Source: Eledone cirrhosa | Lineage: Eukaryota | Length of the DNA: 64,000 bases | Reading direction: 5' to 3' | NCBI GenBank assembly: GCA_964016885.1 | Contig: OZ024749.1 | Span: forward strand, 34,472,001-34,536,000 | Part shown: piece after piece, positions 51,670-64,000 of the stretch | Numbering within the stretch: the first letter of the stretch is position 1 | How the letters are laid out: every line of letters starts with the position of its first letter | Notes under the pieces: model-generated | What the model was told of the DNA's origin: nothing | The model's database searches: none | What the model saw: the letters and a program-made list of their open reading frames with translations, nothing else | Translations under genes and position numbers: made by a program

Positions 51670-51959
51670 GAGACACCGTCTGTATGCAAGTCTCAAACTT
51701 ACGGACCTCCTCTCAGCCGAAGGAATATCATGCGATGAACTGAATCCTAGAAATATCTTTGAGGACCAAACTACAAGTATGGACTTAATCGAACAACGAA
51801 CAACTCCCTTCAAAACATATCTTCCTCTTGAGATCTTTGACAATGAAGAATATGACTGCCGTACACCTGAGGAATGGGTACGCATGGGAGAGGATAACAA
51901 TGTCTTGAAGCCAGTTCCTGGATTTGCTTTCTTACCTCAACAGCTAAATGATAAGGAAG
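51670..51959 (+). CDS. DNAH1: DNAH1 coding exon
   Basis: Encodes YLPLEIFDNEEYDCRTPEEW...KPVPG, a DNAH1 N-terminal signature. Phase 2/1. Confidence 0.96.
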
Positions 51960-52288
51960 GTATTGCTTTTACTTTTATTGCCTTCAGTTAATTTACTGGT
52001 TTCAGTCATTTGACTGTAGTCAATGATGGGACATCTAATATGTTTTCATTGGTTTTTCTTCTATTGTCTTCATCTATCAAAATAATTATCAATTGGTTTT
52101 ACTATATATATAAATAGAGTCAGTGGTGCTGAGACCGAGGAGTCCACTAATCACGTGAGATGTAGAGTGGGTATAGAGTGGGCATAAATACTTAACTATA
52201 TATATATATATATATATAATCACTGATGAAGGACTATTTTTATCATATGTAACCCATGTGCAACCACGCAGTATTCTTTCTTCTCATG

Positions 52289-52333
<45 letters not shown>

Positions 52334-52413
52334 TATTTAGGCATAGGGACATAATAAAGATGTTGACATATAAATATAATTATTATGTAACAATAAATTA
52401 TTGTTGATATTAG

Positions 52414-52572
52414 CTTCAAGTTCAAGCAAAGGGTCTCATGCTTGGAAGAAAGTTGGAGTACTTGGCTACAACACTGACACTAAAGAATATCTTGTACAGG
52501 AAGTGAACTCTGAAGGTCGTTTAATTGATGAAGATGGTAATCTTGTGTTAGCAGTAACAGATCTTAATAATG
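52414..52572 (+). CDS. DNAH1: DNAH1 coding exon
   Basis: Encodes WKKVGVLGYNTDTKEYLVQEVNSEGRLIDEDG. ttAG/GTAAAT, phase 1/1. Confidence 0.92.
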
Positions 52573-52644
52573 GTAAATATATTGGTTTCTTATTTTATAT
52601 ATTATATATATATAATGTGTGTATATATATATTTATATATATAA

Positions 52645-52675
<31 letters not shown>

Positions 52676-52984
52676 TATATATTTATATATCTGTGATGGT
52701 TTAACCACAGCTGTCACTTTTTCTATCATCATCATCACCGTTTAACACCCATTTTTCTATGCTAGCATTGGTTAGACAAGTTGTCCTATTGTGAGGGAAG
52801 CCAGATGAGATGACCGTGTCTTGCTCATACAGGACTGTTTCTGGCTTTGTTTCTACACCTGGATGCCCTTCCTAATGCCACAACATTTACAGCATGAACT
52901 GGGTGTTTTTTTATCATGGCACCAAAATGACCAATTGTTAGGTTGGAGTGGGTGTTTTTTGTTGTGTCTCTAATGTGACAGTTA

Positions 52985-53210
52985 TACAATGACTCTTTCT
53001 TTAATTTTCATGCCCTGATCCTTCAGTTTGATGTATTGGTAGTTTCCTCTGTCTAGTTCATCACCTTTGCCCTTATAGCAGTTGACGATGCTGCTGCTCT
53101 GCCAGTCATAGAGTATAGCACCACATTTTATTACTTGGTTTACAGTATGGGTAGTTATGGTGTGTCCTACCATCCCAGATGCTTTCAGCATCTCAGCATC
53201 TGTTATATAT
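52985..53210 (-). mobile_element. RTE-clade RT fragment
   Basis: Encodes AEMLKASG...DWQSSSIVNCYKGKGDELDRGNYQYIKL...MKIKERVI. Confidence 0.8.
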
Positions 53211-53299
53211 ATCTGTGATAGTCTAACTACAGCTGTCATTCATACAGGAATATGGTGTACCTATTCTGTTGCTGTCAACCCTTTTAGTTGTCTCTTAAG

Positions 53300-53495
53300 A
53301 CATACAGAGATACAGTTTACCTATTCTAAACTAGATACACACAGTATTGGTACCATCCCTTTTAGTCACCTCTTATAACATAGAGATACAGTTTACCTAT
53401 TCTAAACTAGATACACACAGTATTGGTACCATCCCTTTCAGTCTCCTCTTATAACATACAGAGATACAGTTTACCTATTCTAAACTAGATACACA
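53300..53495. repeat. ~77-bp tandem repeat, ~2.5 copies
   Basis: agagatacagtttacctattctaaactagatacac occurs three times. Confidence 0.8.
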
Positions 53496-53538
53496 TGGAT
53501 ATCAATATTTCTAACTACTGCTATTATATTTTCTTCAG

Positions 53539-53785
53539 TTACATTAGCTGAAAACCAATTTTGGGTACCTCGGATTTATTTAATGTTTTGTGCTGAAGAT
53601 CCTCGTATATTTGCCAAACGTATTGCTGAAGCTGTCAAACAACGGAAAACAACAGAAGCTTTGTTACGTTACCATCTCTATGTTGACTGTATGCCGATGG
53701 ATGGAGTTGGGGAACTTGATCAGGCGACTCTCAGGAGAATGACAGAATGGGCCAAAAATACAAGTGGAATTATGAAAGAAAGAAC
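53539..53785 (+). CDS. DNAH1: DNAH1 coding exon
   Basis: Encodes QFWVPRIYLMFCAEDPRIFAKR...TEALLRYHLYVDCMP. Phase 1/2. Confidence 0.96.
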
Positions 53786-54634
53786 GTAAAACATTATTTT
53801 GCCTTTCACTTTTAACCCTTTAGCATTTAAACCAGCCGTATCCAGCCAGAATTCTCTCACCTCTTTCTGTTTAAACTGGCTGTAACCGACCACTCATACT
53901 GATGTTAAGTTATTGTTCTCAAAATAAATAATATCAAAATCATAGATCTGATATTATGTGAGATAATTATGTGAGATGAAGTCTTTACCATGAAAATATA
54001 ATAGTAAATATAGAGTAATGGGTTAATGTGTTTAGAATGTCAGATAGATTGTTTCATGCTATTTATTCCAGCTCAATGTGCTCTGAGATCAAATCCTGCC
54101 ATGGTTAACTTTACCTTTCATCCTTTTGAGCTAGATAAATAAAGTACCAGTCCAGTATTGGAGGTTGATTATTCTTTTACATCTCTATCTCACTTTCTTT
54201 CTCTCTTTTCTCTGGAAGAAATGTACTATTTTCATACCTGAAGAGGGATGGACACTGCCAGACATGAATGTCCGTGTGTCAGATCAACACCCCTACAAAT
54301 CTATAAGACCCATGTTATGTCAGGAAATGTGAAGACATCTAGCTTAGTGGTTAGAGTATTCAACTTACAATTATGAAGATGTGAATTTGATTACCAGCAG
54401 TATGTTGTATACTTGAGCAAGTCCACTCAGCTAGCAAAAATTAGGGGTACTTGCAATTTAAAGTAACAGCCCTGTCACAACTTTATAAGAACTTTATTTT
54501 TAATCTTTTCATGACTGTATTTCTAATGAAATTCACTCTATTTCAATAATTAATTATTTCATTATTAAGATAGTTGGGTTGGGTTTCCTACCTAACCACT
54601 CTCCACCCTACCGACCTATAAACCCATCTACCTA

Positions 54635-55540
54635 GCCACCCCCCTACTTACTCACTTACCTAACCCCCTACTTACTCAACTGCCTACCCACCCACCTGCC
54701 CATCTACCTACATACCCAACCACCTACCCAACTGCATATATACCTACCCACCCCCCTACTTACTCACTTACCTAACCCCCCTACTTACTCAACTGCCTAC
54801 CCACCCACCTGCCCATCTACCTACATACCCAACCACCTACCCAACTGCATATATACCTACCCACCCACCTACTTACTCACTTACCTAACCCCCTACTTAC
54901 TCAACTGCCTACCCACCCACCTGCCCATCTACCTACATACCCAACCACCTACCCAACTGCATATATACCTACCCACCCACCTACTTAGTCACTTACCTAA
55001 CCCCCTACTTACTCAACTGCCTACCCACCCACCTGCCCATCTACCTACATACCCAACCACCTACCCAACTGCATATATACCTACCCACCCACCTACTTAC
55101 TCACTTACCTAACCCCCTACTTACTCAACTGCCTACCCACCCACCTGCCCATCTACCTACATACCCAACCACCTACCCAACTGCATATATACCTACCCAC
55201 CCACCTACTTAGTCACTTACCTAACCCCCTACTTACTCAACTGCCTACCCACCCACCTGCCCATCTACCTACATACCCAACCACCTATCCAACTGCATAT
55301 ATACCTACCCACCCACCTACTTAGTCACTTACCTAACCCCCTACTTACTCAACTGCCTACCCACCCACCTGCCCATCTACCTACATACCCAACCACCTAC
55401 CCAACTGCATATATACCTACCCACCCACCTACTTAGTCACTTACCTAACCCCCTACTTACTCAACTGCCTACCCACCCACCCGCCCATCTACCTACATAC
55501 CCAACCACCTACCCAACTGCATATATACCTACCTACCTAC
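54635..55540. repeat. 112-bp C-rich minisatellite, ~8 copies
   Basis: tcaactgcctaccc recurs at 54789, 54901, 55013 and onward. Built from CCTA/CCCA tetramers. Confidence 0.92.
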
Positions 55541-55873
55541 CTATTTACCCACCTACCCACCCACCCATATATCTAACAACCTATCTACTCCTTACAACAT
55601 TTGCTCCAGTCAGGTCGGGTCTCACCAGATCGGATCACATCAGATCCTTCATTCAACTATCATTGCTTTCTAGCACAGTTACGTCCCTTTACGGTCTGAG
55701 TTCAAATCCCGCCGAGGTTAACTTTGCCTTTCATCCTTACGGGGCCGATAAAATAAAGTACCAGTAATGTACTGGGTAATTGCTGGCGTTGTGCCAAAAG
55801 TAGAAACAATTAATTTCCCTATCAATTTGACACGTCAATCTAAATTTCTCTTTGAATTCTGTCTGTTCAATAG

Positions 55874-56031
55874 TCTTGAAGACCAAATGCAACCGTTGGA
55901 GAAAGAAGTGAATATAGACTTCTGTAGATCAATGAACAAAATAATATTTGACAAAACTGTACGTGATGATCCAATAACCTTTATATTTGTCACACAACCA
56001 GAACCAACTGTTGAAAAGGTTCCCTTCAAAG
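55874..56031 (+). CDS. DNAH1: DNAH1 coding exon
   Basis: Encodes LEKEVNIDFCRSMNKIIFDK...VPFKG. Phase 2/1. Confidence 0.94.
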
Positions 56032-56187
56032 GTTAACATTGTTTTTCATTAAAAAAAAAATGTTTCTGTACAGCCTAAATATATAAACCTAATATACTAC
56101 AGAGATTTGAAAACAGAGTTGAGTCTTAAGACCTGGTAATAATTTAGTAGAAAATATCTTATCTAAAAACAGGTTTGTTAGAAACAG

Positions 56188-59100
56188 TTATAGAAGAAAG
56201 GGTAGTTAGTGTTCATGGATATATAGATGAAAGAGCAATGTTCACAATATATAGGGGAAAGAGTAGTTAGTGTTCATGGATATATAGATGAAAGAGCAAT
56301 GTTCACAATATATAGGGGAAAGAGTAGTTAGTGTTCATGGATATATAGATGAAAGAGCAATGTTCACAATATATAGGGGAAAGAGTAGTTAGTGTTCATG
56401 GATATATAGATGAAAGAGCAATGTTCACAATATATAGGGGAAAGAGTAGTTAGTGTTCATGGATATAGAGATGAAAGCAATGTTCACAATATATAGGGGA
56501 AAGAGTAGTTAGTGTTCATGGATATATAGATGAAAGCAATGTTCACAATATATAGGGGAAAGAGTAGTTAGTGTTCATGGATATAGAGATGAAAGCAATG
56601 TTCACAATATATAGGGGAAAGAGTAGTTAGTGTTCATGGATATAGAGATGAAAGCAATGTTCACAATATATAGGGGAAAGAGTAGTTAGTGTTCATGGAT
56701 ATAGAGATGAAAGAGCAATGTTCACAATATATAGGGGAAAGAGTAGTTAGTGTTCATGGATATATAGATGAAAGCAATGTTCACAATATATATGGGAAAG
56801 GGTAGTTAGTGTTCATGGATATATAGATGAAAGAGCAATGTTCACAATATATAGGGGAAAGAGTAGTTAGTGTTCATGGATATATAGATGAAAGAGCAAT
56901 GTTCACAATATATAGGGGAAAGAGTAGTTAGTGTTCATGGATATAGAGATGAAAGAGCAATGTTCACAATATATAGGGGAAAGGGTAGTTAGTGTTCATG
57001 GATATATAGATGAAAGAGCAATGTTCACAATATATAGGGGAAAGAGTAGTTAGTGTTCATGGATATATAGATGAAAGAGCAATGTTCACAATATATAGGG
57101 GAAAGAGTAGTTAGTGTTCATGGATATATAGATGAAAGCAATGTTCACAATATATAGGGGAAAGAGTAGTTAGTGTTCATGGATATATAGATGAAAGCAA
57201 TGTTCACAATATATAGGGGAAAGAGTAGTTAGTGTTCATGGATATATAGATGAAAGAGCAATGTTCACAATATATATGGGAAAGAGTAGTTAGTGTTCAT
57301 GGATATAGAGATGAAAGCAATGTTCACAATATATATGGGAAAGAGTAGTTAGTGTTCATGGATATATAGATGAAAGAGCAATGTTCACAATATATAGGGG
57401 AAAGAGTAGTTAGTGTTCATGGATATATAGATGAAAGAGCAATGTTCACAATATATAGAAGAAAGGGTAGTTAGTGTTCATGGATATATAGATGAAAGAG
57501 CAATGTTCACAATATATAGGGGAAAGAGTAGTTAGTGTTCATGGATATATAGATGAAAGAGCAATGTTCACAATATATAGAAGAAAGGGTAGTTAGTGTT
57601 CATGGATATATAGATGAAAGAGCAATGTTCACAATATATAGGGGAAAGAGTAGTTAGTGTTCATGGATATAGAGATGAAAGAGCAATGTTCACAATATAT
57701 AGGGGAAAGAGTAGTTAGTGTTCATGGATATATAGATGAAAGAGCAATGTTCACAATATATAGGGGAAAGAGTAGTTAGTGTTCATGGATATAGAGATGA
57801 AAGCAATGTTCACAATATATAGGGGAAAGAGTAGTTAGTGTTCATGGATATAGAGATGAAAGAGCAATGTTCACAATATATAGGGGAAAGAGTAGTTAGT
57901 GTTCATGGATATAGAGATGAAAGAGCAATGTTCACAATATATAGGGGAAAGAGTAGTTAGTGTTCATGGATATAGAGATGAAAGAGCAATGTTCACAATA
58001 TATAGGGGAAAGAGTAGTTAGTGTTCATGGATATAGAGATGAAAGCAATGTTCACAATATATAGGGGAAAGAGTAGTTAGTGTTCATGGATATATAGATG
58101 AAAGAGCAATGTTCACAATATATAGGGGAAAGAGTAGTTAGTGTTCATGGATATAGAGATGAAAGCAATGTTCACAATATATAGGGGAAAGAGTAGTTAG
58201 TGTTCATGGATATATAGATGAAAGAGCAATGTTCACAATATATAGGGGAAAGAGTAGTTAGTGTTCATGGATATAGAGATGAAAGCAATGTTCACAATAT
58301 ATAGGGGAAAGAGTAGTTAGTGTTCATGGATATATAGATGAAAGCAATGTTCACAATATATAGGGGAAAGAGTAGTTAGTGTTCATGGATATAGAGATGA
58401 AAGAGCAATGTTCACAATATATAGGGGAAAGAGTAGTTAGTGTTCATGGATATAGAGATGAAAGAGCAATGTTCACAATATATAGGGGAAAGAGTAGTTA
58501 GTGTTCATGGATATAGAGATGAAAGAGCAATGTTCACAATATATATGGGAAAGAGTAGTTAGTGTTCATGGATATAGAGATGAAAGAGCAATGTTCACAA
58601 TATATAGGGGAAAGAGTAGTTAGTGTTCATGGATATAGAGATGAAAGCAATGTTCACAATATATAGGGGAAAGAGTAGTTAGTGTTCATGGATATAGAGA
58701 TGAAAGCAATGTTCACAATATATAGGGGAAAGGGTAGTTAGTGTTCATGGATATAGAGATGAAAGAGCAATGTTCACAATATATAGGGGAAAGAGTAGTT
58801 AGTGTTCATGGATATATAGATGAAAGAGCAATGTTCACAATATATAGGGGAAAGAGTAGTTAGTGTTCATGGATATATAGATGAAAGAGCAATGTTCACA
58901 ATATATAGGGGAAAGAGTAGTTAGTGTTCATGGATATATAGATGAAAGAGCAATGTTCACAATATATAGGGGAAAGAGTAGTTAGTGTTCATGGATATAG
59001 AGATGAAAGCAATGTTCACAATATATAGGGGAAAGAGTAGTTAGTGTTCATGGATATATAGATGAAAGAGCAATGTTCACAATATATAGGGGAAAGAGTA

Positions 59101-60315
59101 GTTAGTGTTCATGGATATAGAGATGAAAGAGCAATGTTCACAATATATAGGGGAAAGAGTAGTTAGTGTTCATGGATATATAGATGAAAGAGCAATGTTC
59201 ACAATATATAGGGGAAAGAGTAGTTAGTGTTCATGGATATAGAGATGAAAGCAATGTTCACAATATATAGGGGAAAGAGTAGTTAGTGTTCATGGATATA
59301 TAGATGAAAGAGCAATGTTCACAATATATAGGGGAAAGAGTAGTTAGTGTTCATGGATATATAGATGAAAGAGCAATGTTCACAATATATAGGGGAAAGA
59401 GTAGTTAGTGTTCATGGATATATAGATGAAAGAGCAATGTTCACAATATATAGGGGAAAGAGTAGTTAGTGTTCATGGATATATAGATGAAAGAGCAATG
59501 TTCACAATATATAGGGGAAAGAGTAGTTAGTGTTCATGGATATATAGATGAAAGAGCAATGTTCACAATATATAGGGGAAAGAGTAGTTAGTGTTCATGG
59601 ATATATAGATGAAAGAGCAATGTTCACAATATATAGGGGAAAGAGTAGTTAGTGTTCATGGATATATAGATGAAAGAGCAATGTTCACAATATATAGGGG
59701 AAAGAGTAGTTAGTGTTCATGGATATATAGATGAAAGAGCAATGTTCACAATATATAGGGGAAAGAGTAGTTAGTGTTCATGGATATATAGATGAAAGAG
59801 CAATGTTCACAATATATAGGGGAAAGAGTAGTTAGTGTTCATGGATATAGAGATGAAAGAGCAATGTTCACAATATATATGGGAAAGAGTAGTTAGTGTT
59901 CATGGATATAGAGATGAAAGAGCAATGTTCACAATATATAGGGGAAAGAGTAGTTAGTGTTCATGGATATATAGATGAAAGAGCAATGTTCACAATATAT
60001 AGGGGAAAGAGTAGTTAGTGTTCATGGATATAGAGATGAAAGAGCAATGTTCACAATATATAGGGGAAAGAGTAGTTAGTGTTCATGGATATAGAGATGA
60101 AAGAGCAATGTTCACAATATATATGGGAAAGAGTAGTTAGTGTTCATGGATATATAGATGAAAGCAATGTTCACAATATATAGGGGAAAGAGTAGTTAGT
60201 GTTCATGGATATAGAGATGAAAGCAATGTTCACAATATATAGGGGAAAGAGTAGTTAGTGTTCATGGATATAGAGATGAAAGAGCAATGTTCACAATATA
60301 TATGGGAAAGGGTAG
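56188..60315. repeat. 59/61-bp satellite array, ~4.1 kb (~68 copies)
   Basis: Repeated unit gagtagttagtgttcatggatatatagatgaaagagcaatgttcacaatatataggggaaa with a few recurring variants. Confidence 0.97.
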
Positions 60316-60396
60316 TGTTCCCAATGTATAGAGAAAAAAAAAACAATTTAGTTTCTCACCTGGTAATATGAACCACCTTAGTTGAGGTGATTTTAA

Positions 60397-61002
60397 AGAC
60401 TAATTAATAACTGTTTCAATTCTAATTTAGACTAATTAGTGTTTCAATTCTAATTTAGACTAATTAATGTTTCAATTCTAATTTAGACTAATTAGTGTTT
60501 CAATTCTAATTTAGACTAATTAATGTTTCAATTCTAATTTAGACTAATTAGTGTTTCAATTCTAATTTAGACTAATTAATGTTTCAATTATAATTTAGAC
60601 TAATTAATAACTGCTTCAATTCTAATTTAGATTAATTAATAACTGCTTCAATTCTAATTTAGACTAATTAATGTTTCAATTATAATTTAGACTAATTAAT
60701 GTTTCAATTATAATTTAGACTAATAAATGTTTCAATTATAATTTAGACTAATTAATGTTTCAATTATAATTTAGACTAATTAATGTTTCAATTATAATTT
60801 AGACTAATTAATGTTTCAATTATAATTTAGACTAATTAATGTTTCAATTATAATTTAGACTAATTAATGTTTCAATTATAATTTAGACTAATTAATGTTT
60901 CAATTATAATTTAGACTAATTAATGTTTCAATTCTAATTTAGACTAATTAATAACTGCTTCAATTCTAATTTAGACTAATTGATGTTTCAATTCTAATTA
61001 AG
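60397..61002. repeat. 28-bp minisatellite (~21 copies) ending at the DNAH1 splice acceptor
   Basis: ttagactaattaatgtttcaatt(c/a)taat units. The last unit ends ...ctaattaAG at the exon boundary. Confidence 0.93.
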
Positions 61003-61217
61003 GGGTGTGTGAAGATGTTCCAGACTACCCATTTCAGAAACAATTTGACAAGTTTGCTTTTACATCTTTACTGACTCGAGAGGAAACTGTTCACACATGT
61101 GTGAAGCTACGTACAGAGTGTAACAAGGCCGCAGCCATGTCCCTCTTTCATGTACCCACTACAAAACCCTTGAAAATTGATGAATTTGAACAAACCCAGT
61201 CTCAAGCTACTTTCCAG
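61003..61217 (+). CDS. DNAH1: DNAH1 coding exon
   Basis: Encodes VPDYPFQKQFDKFAFTSLLTREE...ECNKAAAMSLFH...EFEQTQSQATFQ. AAG acceptor, phase 1/0. Confidence 0.94.
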
Positions 61218-61241
61218 GTTTCTAGATTACTTTCAGTACTA

Positions 61242-61320
<79 letters not shown>

Positions 61321-61474
61321 TACTTAAGGGACATGCTTGTTTTTATCTGCTTTAGATTTAGGTGAAATTATCTCCCTAAACTATAAATGTTACCACTAAG
61401 CAAGTTCATGATTTATTTCTTGTGAAACTTCAATGCTTTGTTAATCACTGATAACTTCTAGTTCCTTTTTTTAG

Positions 61475-61642
61475 ATTTCCTTATTTTTGAAAGACAGTTG
61501 GATCTCCACCCTGCGTGCTTCAATTAGAACAAGTCTTAGAGATATTGGTAAAGGATGGTTCAATATTCATGAGTCAAACTGGGAAGTTTATCAAAAATCC
61601 AAATTGAAAATGTTCATGGAAATGGTTAAATTCATAATGCAG
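61475..61642 (+). CDS. DNAH1: DNAH1 coding exon
   Basis: Encodes LFLKDSWISTLRASIRTSLRDIGKGWFNIHESNWEVYQKSKL...MQ. Phase 0/0. Confidence 0.96.
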
Positions 61643-61889
61643 GTATTAAATGATATTTCTTGTACAATTTGTGAAGTTGGAAACTAAACTAAACTAAATA
61701 ATGGAACAAAGAAATTTCTTATGTAGTCATCTTCATTGCTGTTTTATCTACACTGTATGTAGCTGATAAATCACTGCAATTCAAAAGAGATGAAAATGAA
61801 TGAGTGACTAATGAATAAATGTGTGGAAAAGATTGGGTATTAATGGCTGACTCTGCTCTAAGTGGTTCTCATTTTACTAATTTTTCTAG

Positions 61890-62020
61890 GACACATTGCG
61901 CTTTTTGGTAAATGACTCCTTGTCTAATTTCACCCAAATGATAAGCAACGCATGTCAAAGTACCTTTGATGTAACTGAATCATTCGTCTGGACAGATGAC
62001 TTATTTAACAGCCCCTTCAA
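61890..62020 (+). CDS. DNAH1: DNAH1 coding exon
   Basis: Encodes DTLRFLVNDSLSNFTQMI...WTDDLFNSPF. ctAG/GTAAGT, phase 0/2. Missing from the ORF track. Confidence 0.95.
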
Positions 62021-62211
62021 GTAAGTTTGTCTTTTCAAGTCTGAAACTATTTTGTCTTTTGATTGTTTTGATACCTAACCACATCTGGTTCTGTGATACA
62101 AAACTGATTGTTTTGAATTGTTTATATTTATCTTAAAAACCTTCCATCAAATTTTATATAAGAGCCTTTGTTAAACAACAACTATTATAATGTAATTTTC
62201 TTTTTTTGAAG

Positions 62212-62362
62212 ACCAAAGAAAACAGCTTTATTTTATATTGAATTAATTCTTGATGAACAAGGTCCTCATTACAGCACCAACTTGAATGATTTTGGAGTTT
62301 GTGTTCAGAGCCTTTTTGATAAAGGTATTAATGCTACACAAGCTGTACCACAGTTGGAAAAG
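62212..62362 (+). CDS. DNAH1: DNAH1 coding exon (last in window; gene continues)
   Basis: Encodes PKKTALFYIELILDEQGPHYST...LFDKGINATQAVPQLEK. AG/GTATGT, phase 2/0. Confidence 0.95.
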
Positions 62363-63159
62363 GTATGTCTACTATGAGGTTTTATATTTCTCTTGCAATG
62401 TTATTACTTTGCCTTTTCATTTTACCCATAACATCCTGTAATGATTCATCAGAATAATCTAAAAATGAGTTTGCGAATTCAAATGTTTACAGGGTCTTTA
62501 CTAATGGACAAGAGGACCCTTCAGTCATATCAAGGACATGACAGCCTTCCTAGTGTTGGTGATCTACACGATAAATGCACCGTGTACACATTGATAAGAG
62601 GTTGGTGATAGGAAGGGCATCCAACCATAGAAAGCTTGCCAAACAAAGGGTTGGGAGGACCTTCAGTTGTGTCAAAGACATGACAAGCTCCTCTGTGTAC
62701 TTGGTAGAACATGAGACCGTACATAAGTGAGACAACAGATCATGGCTTGTTTGGGTGACCACCACAGCAGTACTGACTTGGTTTATATAGACCCATCCAA
62801 CCCATGCTAGCAGGGAAAGTGGATGTTAAAACAATGATGATGATGATTAATAGTTTCTGCTAACAACAGAATATGAAACATCATGAAGCAAAAACCATCG
62901 ATCTAAGTAGTGGATAATTGATTACCAACTATCACAGACATATATATATATATATTAAAATAACAGATTAAAGTTTAAGTAAAGAATCGCTGCTTTCACC
63001 CTTAATAAATATTTGCTCTTAGGTTCTTATATATTTGATATATATTTATCCCTATCGAGCCCTGTTTGGATTTTAGTCTTCACATTTATTATTATTACTA
63101 TATATATATATATATCTATCTATGACCCATGCTAGCGTGGAAGATGGACGTTAAACGAT

Positions 63160-63197
<38 letters not shown>

Positions 63198-63231
63198 TAT
63201 ACATATATATATAGACACCTATATATCAGAT

Positions 63232-63844
63232 GTATGTCAGGTCACCAGTTGGTGCTACTGGTAACATGTATCCCAGTACAACCTGTCTCATGGTCGGGTC
63301 GTTGGCGACTAAACTGGCAACCCCACCAAGGTTTCTTGGTGAGGAGGGTGACTTTGGACATCCTGCAGGACTAAAAACAAAACCTGTCAAAGGGCAAGGA
63401 AGCTCTTAAGACTCAATAGCCATCCAAAATCACCGGGAGAGATGACCCCCTTAGCCTTTGTCAAGGCAGAATTCTAGGAGAAGGAAAACTCTGATATAAC
63501 ACCTGCAACCCTGATGGTATCCAATGATGTTGACTTGTTCTTCTTTTTGGTAAATATCATCTTGGTTAAGAGAGTGGGACTGGCTTTGTGCAGTGCCTTT
63601 GCTCACTATAAAAGCTTCACAGCACAGGCATTGCTTTATATCTGGAGATCTCTCTGCACTTGTCATCACATGGTACCATGGGCCCTGCACTATGTGTCAA
63701 TAATGGTCACAAGTGTAGTCTTTGTACCAGAGTTTTCAAGTCGCTGGCTGGACTAAAAAGTCACATTCGTTCAGCGCATCGGTAGGGGTTCTCCTACATG
63801 GATATAAAGTAGTGGCCGTACTCGAAAACGAGTTGGCAGCCACC
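63232..63844 (+). mobile_element. internally deleted non-autonomous RTE derivative with 11-bp TSD
   Basis: TSD atatatcagat at 63221-63231 and 63845-63855. RTE 5'UTR motif ctaggagaaggaaaactctgat. C-terminal C2H2 HKCSLCTRVFKSLAGLKSHIRSAHR* at 63708-63785. Confidence 0.7.
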
Positions 63845-64000
63845 ATATATCAGATAAACATAGATTCAGTAAGCACATTATGTACAAATTCTTTCTGAGT
63901 CTCTGTTATAGTTCTTTGTCTGTAACTTCATTGCATAGCAATGCATGATTTCTGTTTCTACTGCATGTTTATAGTGAAAATATGTGGCCTAGTGGTTAAC

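Noticed and set aside
56188-60315. CRISPR-like regular array (also 23610-24652)
   Set aside because: Contiguous tandem units with no unique spacers, no cas genes, and a eukaryotic intron context.
62398-62458. - strand CTGATGA...GAAA motif
   Set aside because: Stems I and III do not pair convincingly, so it is compatible with chance in AT-rich DNA. The same holds for ctgatgaagg at ~52223.
63708-63785. Host C2H2 zinc-finger gene exon
   Set aside because: A single finger at the end of a TSD-flanked RTE derivative, with no TGEKP linkers or array.

Overview
AT-rich eukaryotic (metazoan) genomic DNA packed with microsatellites, SINEs, MITEs and decayed LINEs. The repeat landscape suggests an octopus-like cephalopod (inference). 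Two intron-rich genes lie head-to-tail on the + strand. The first is kazrin (liprin-related; coiled coil plus three SAM domains), with 12 phase-consistent coding exons from 7943 to the stop at 30448; its 5' end was not found in the window. The second is axonemal dynein heavy chain 1 (DNAH1), with 12 phase-consistent coding exons from ATG 45200 to 62362; the gene continues beyond the window. Almost all other ORFs in the track are microsatellite or repeat artefacts. The most notable unannotated signal is a set of short fold-back (palindromic) elements at (TA)n microsatellites that carry type I hammerhead ribozyme cores, consistent with Penelope-like/retrozyme termini. Three sit back-to-back in the first coding intron of DNAH1. 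The largest is a near-perfect ~515 bp palindrome with an intact minimal hammerhead on each strand. Related copies occur at about 12.7, 37.9 and 43.4 kb. Also notable: a minisatellite built from a DNAH1 3' splice-site segment, a ~4.1 kb 59/61-bp satellite, and a TSD-flanked non-autonomous RTE derivative. All structures were read by eye; no searches were run.
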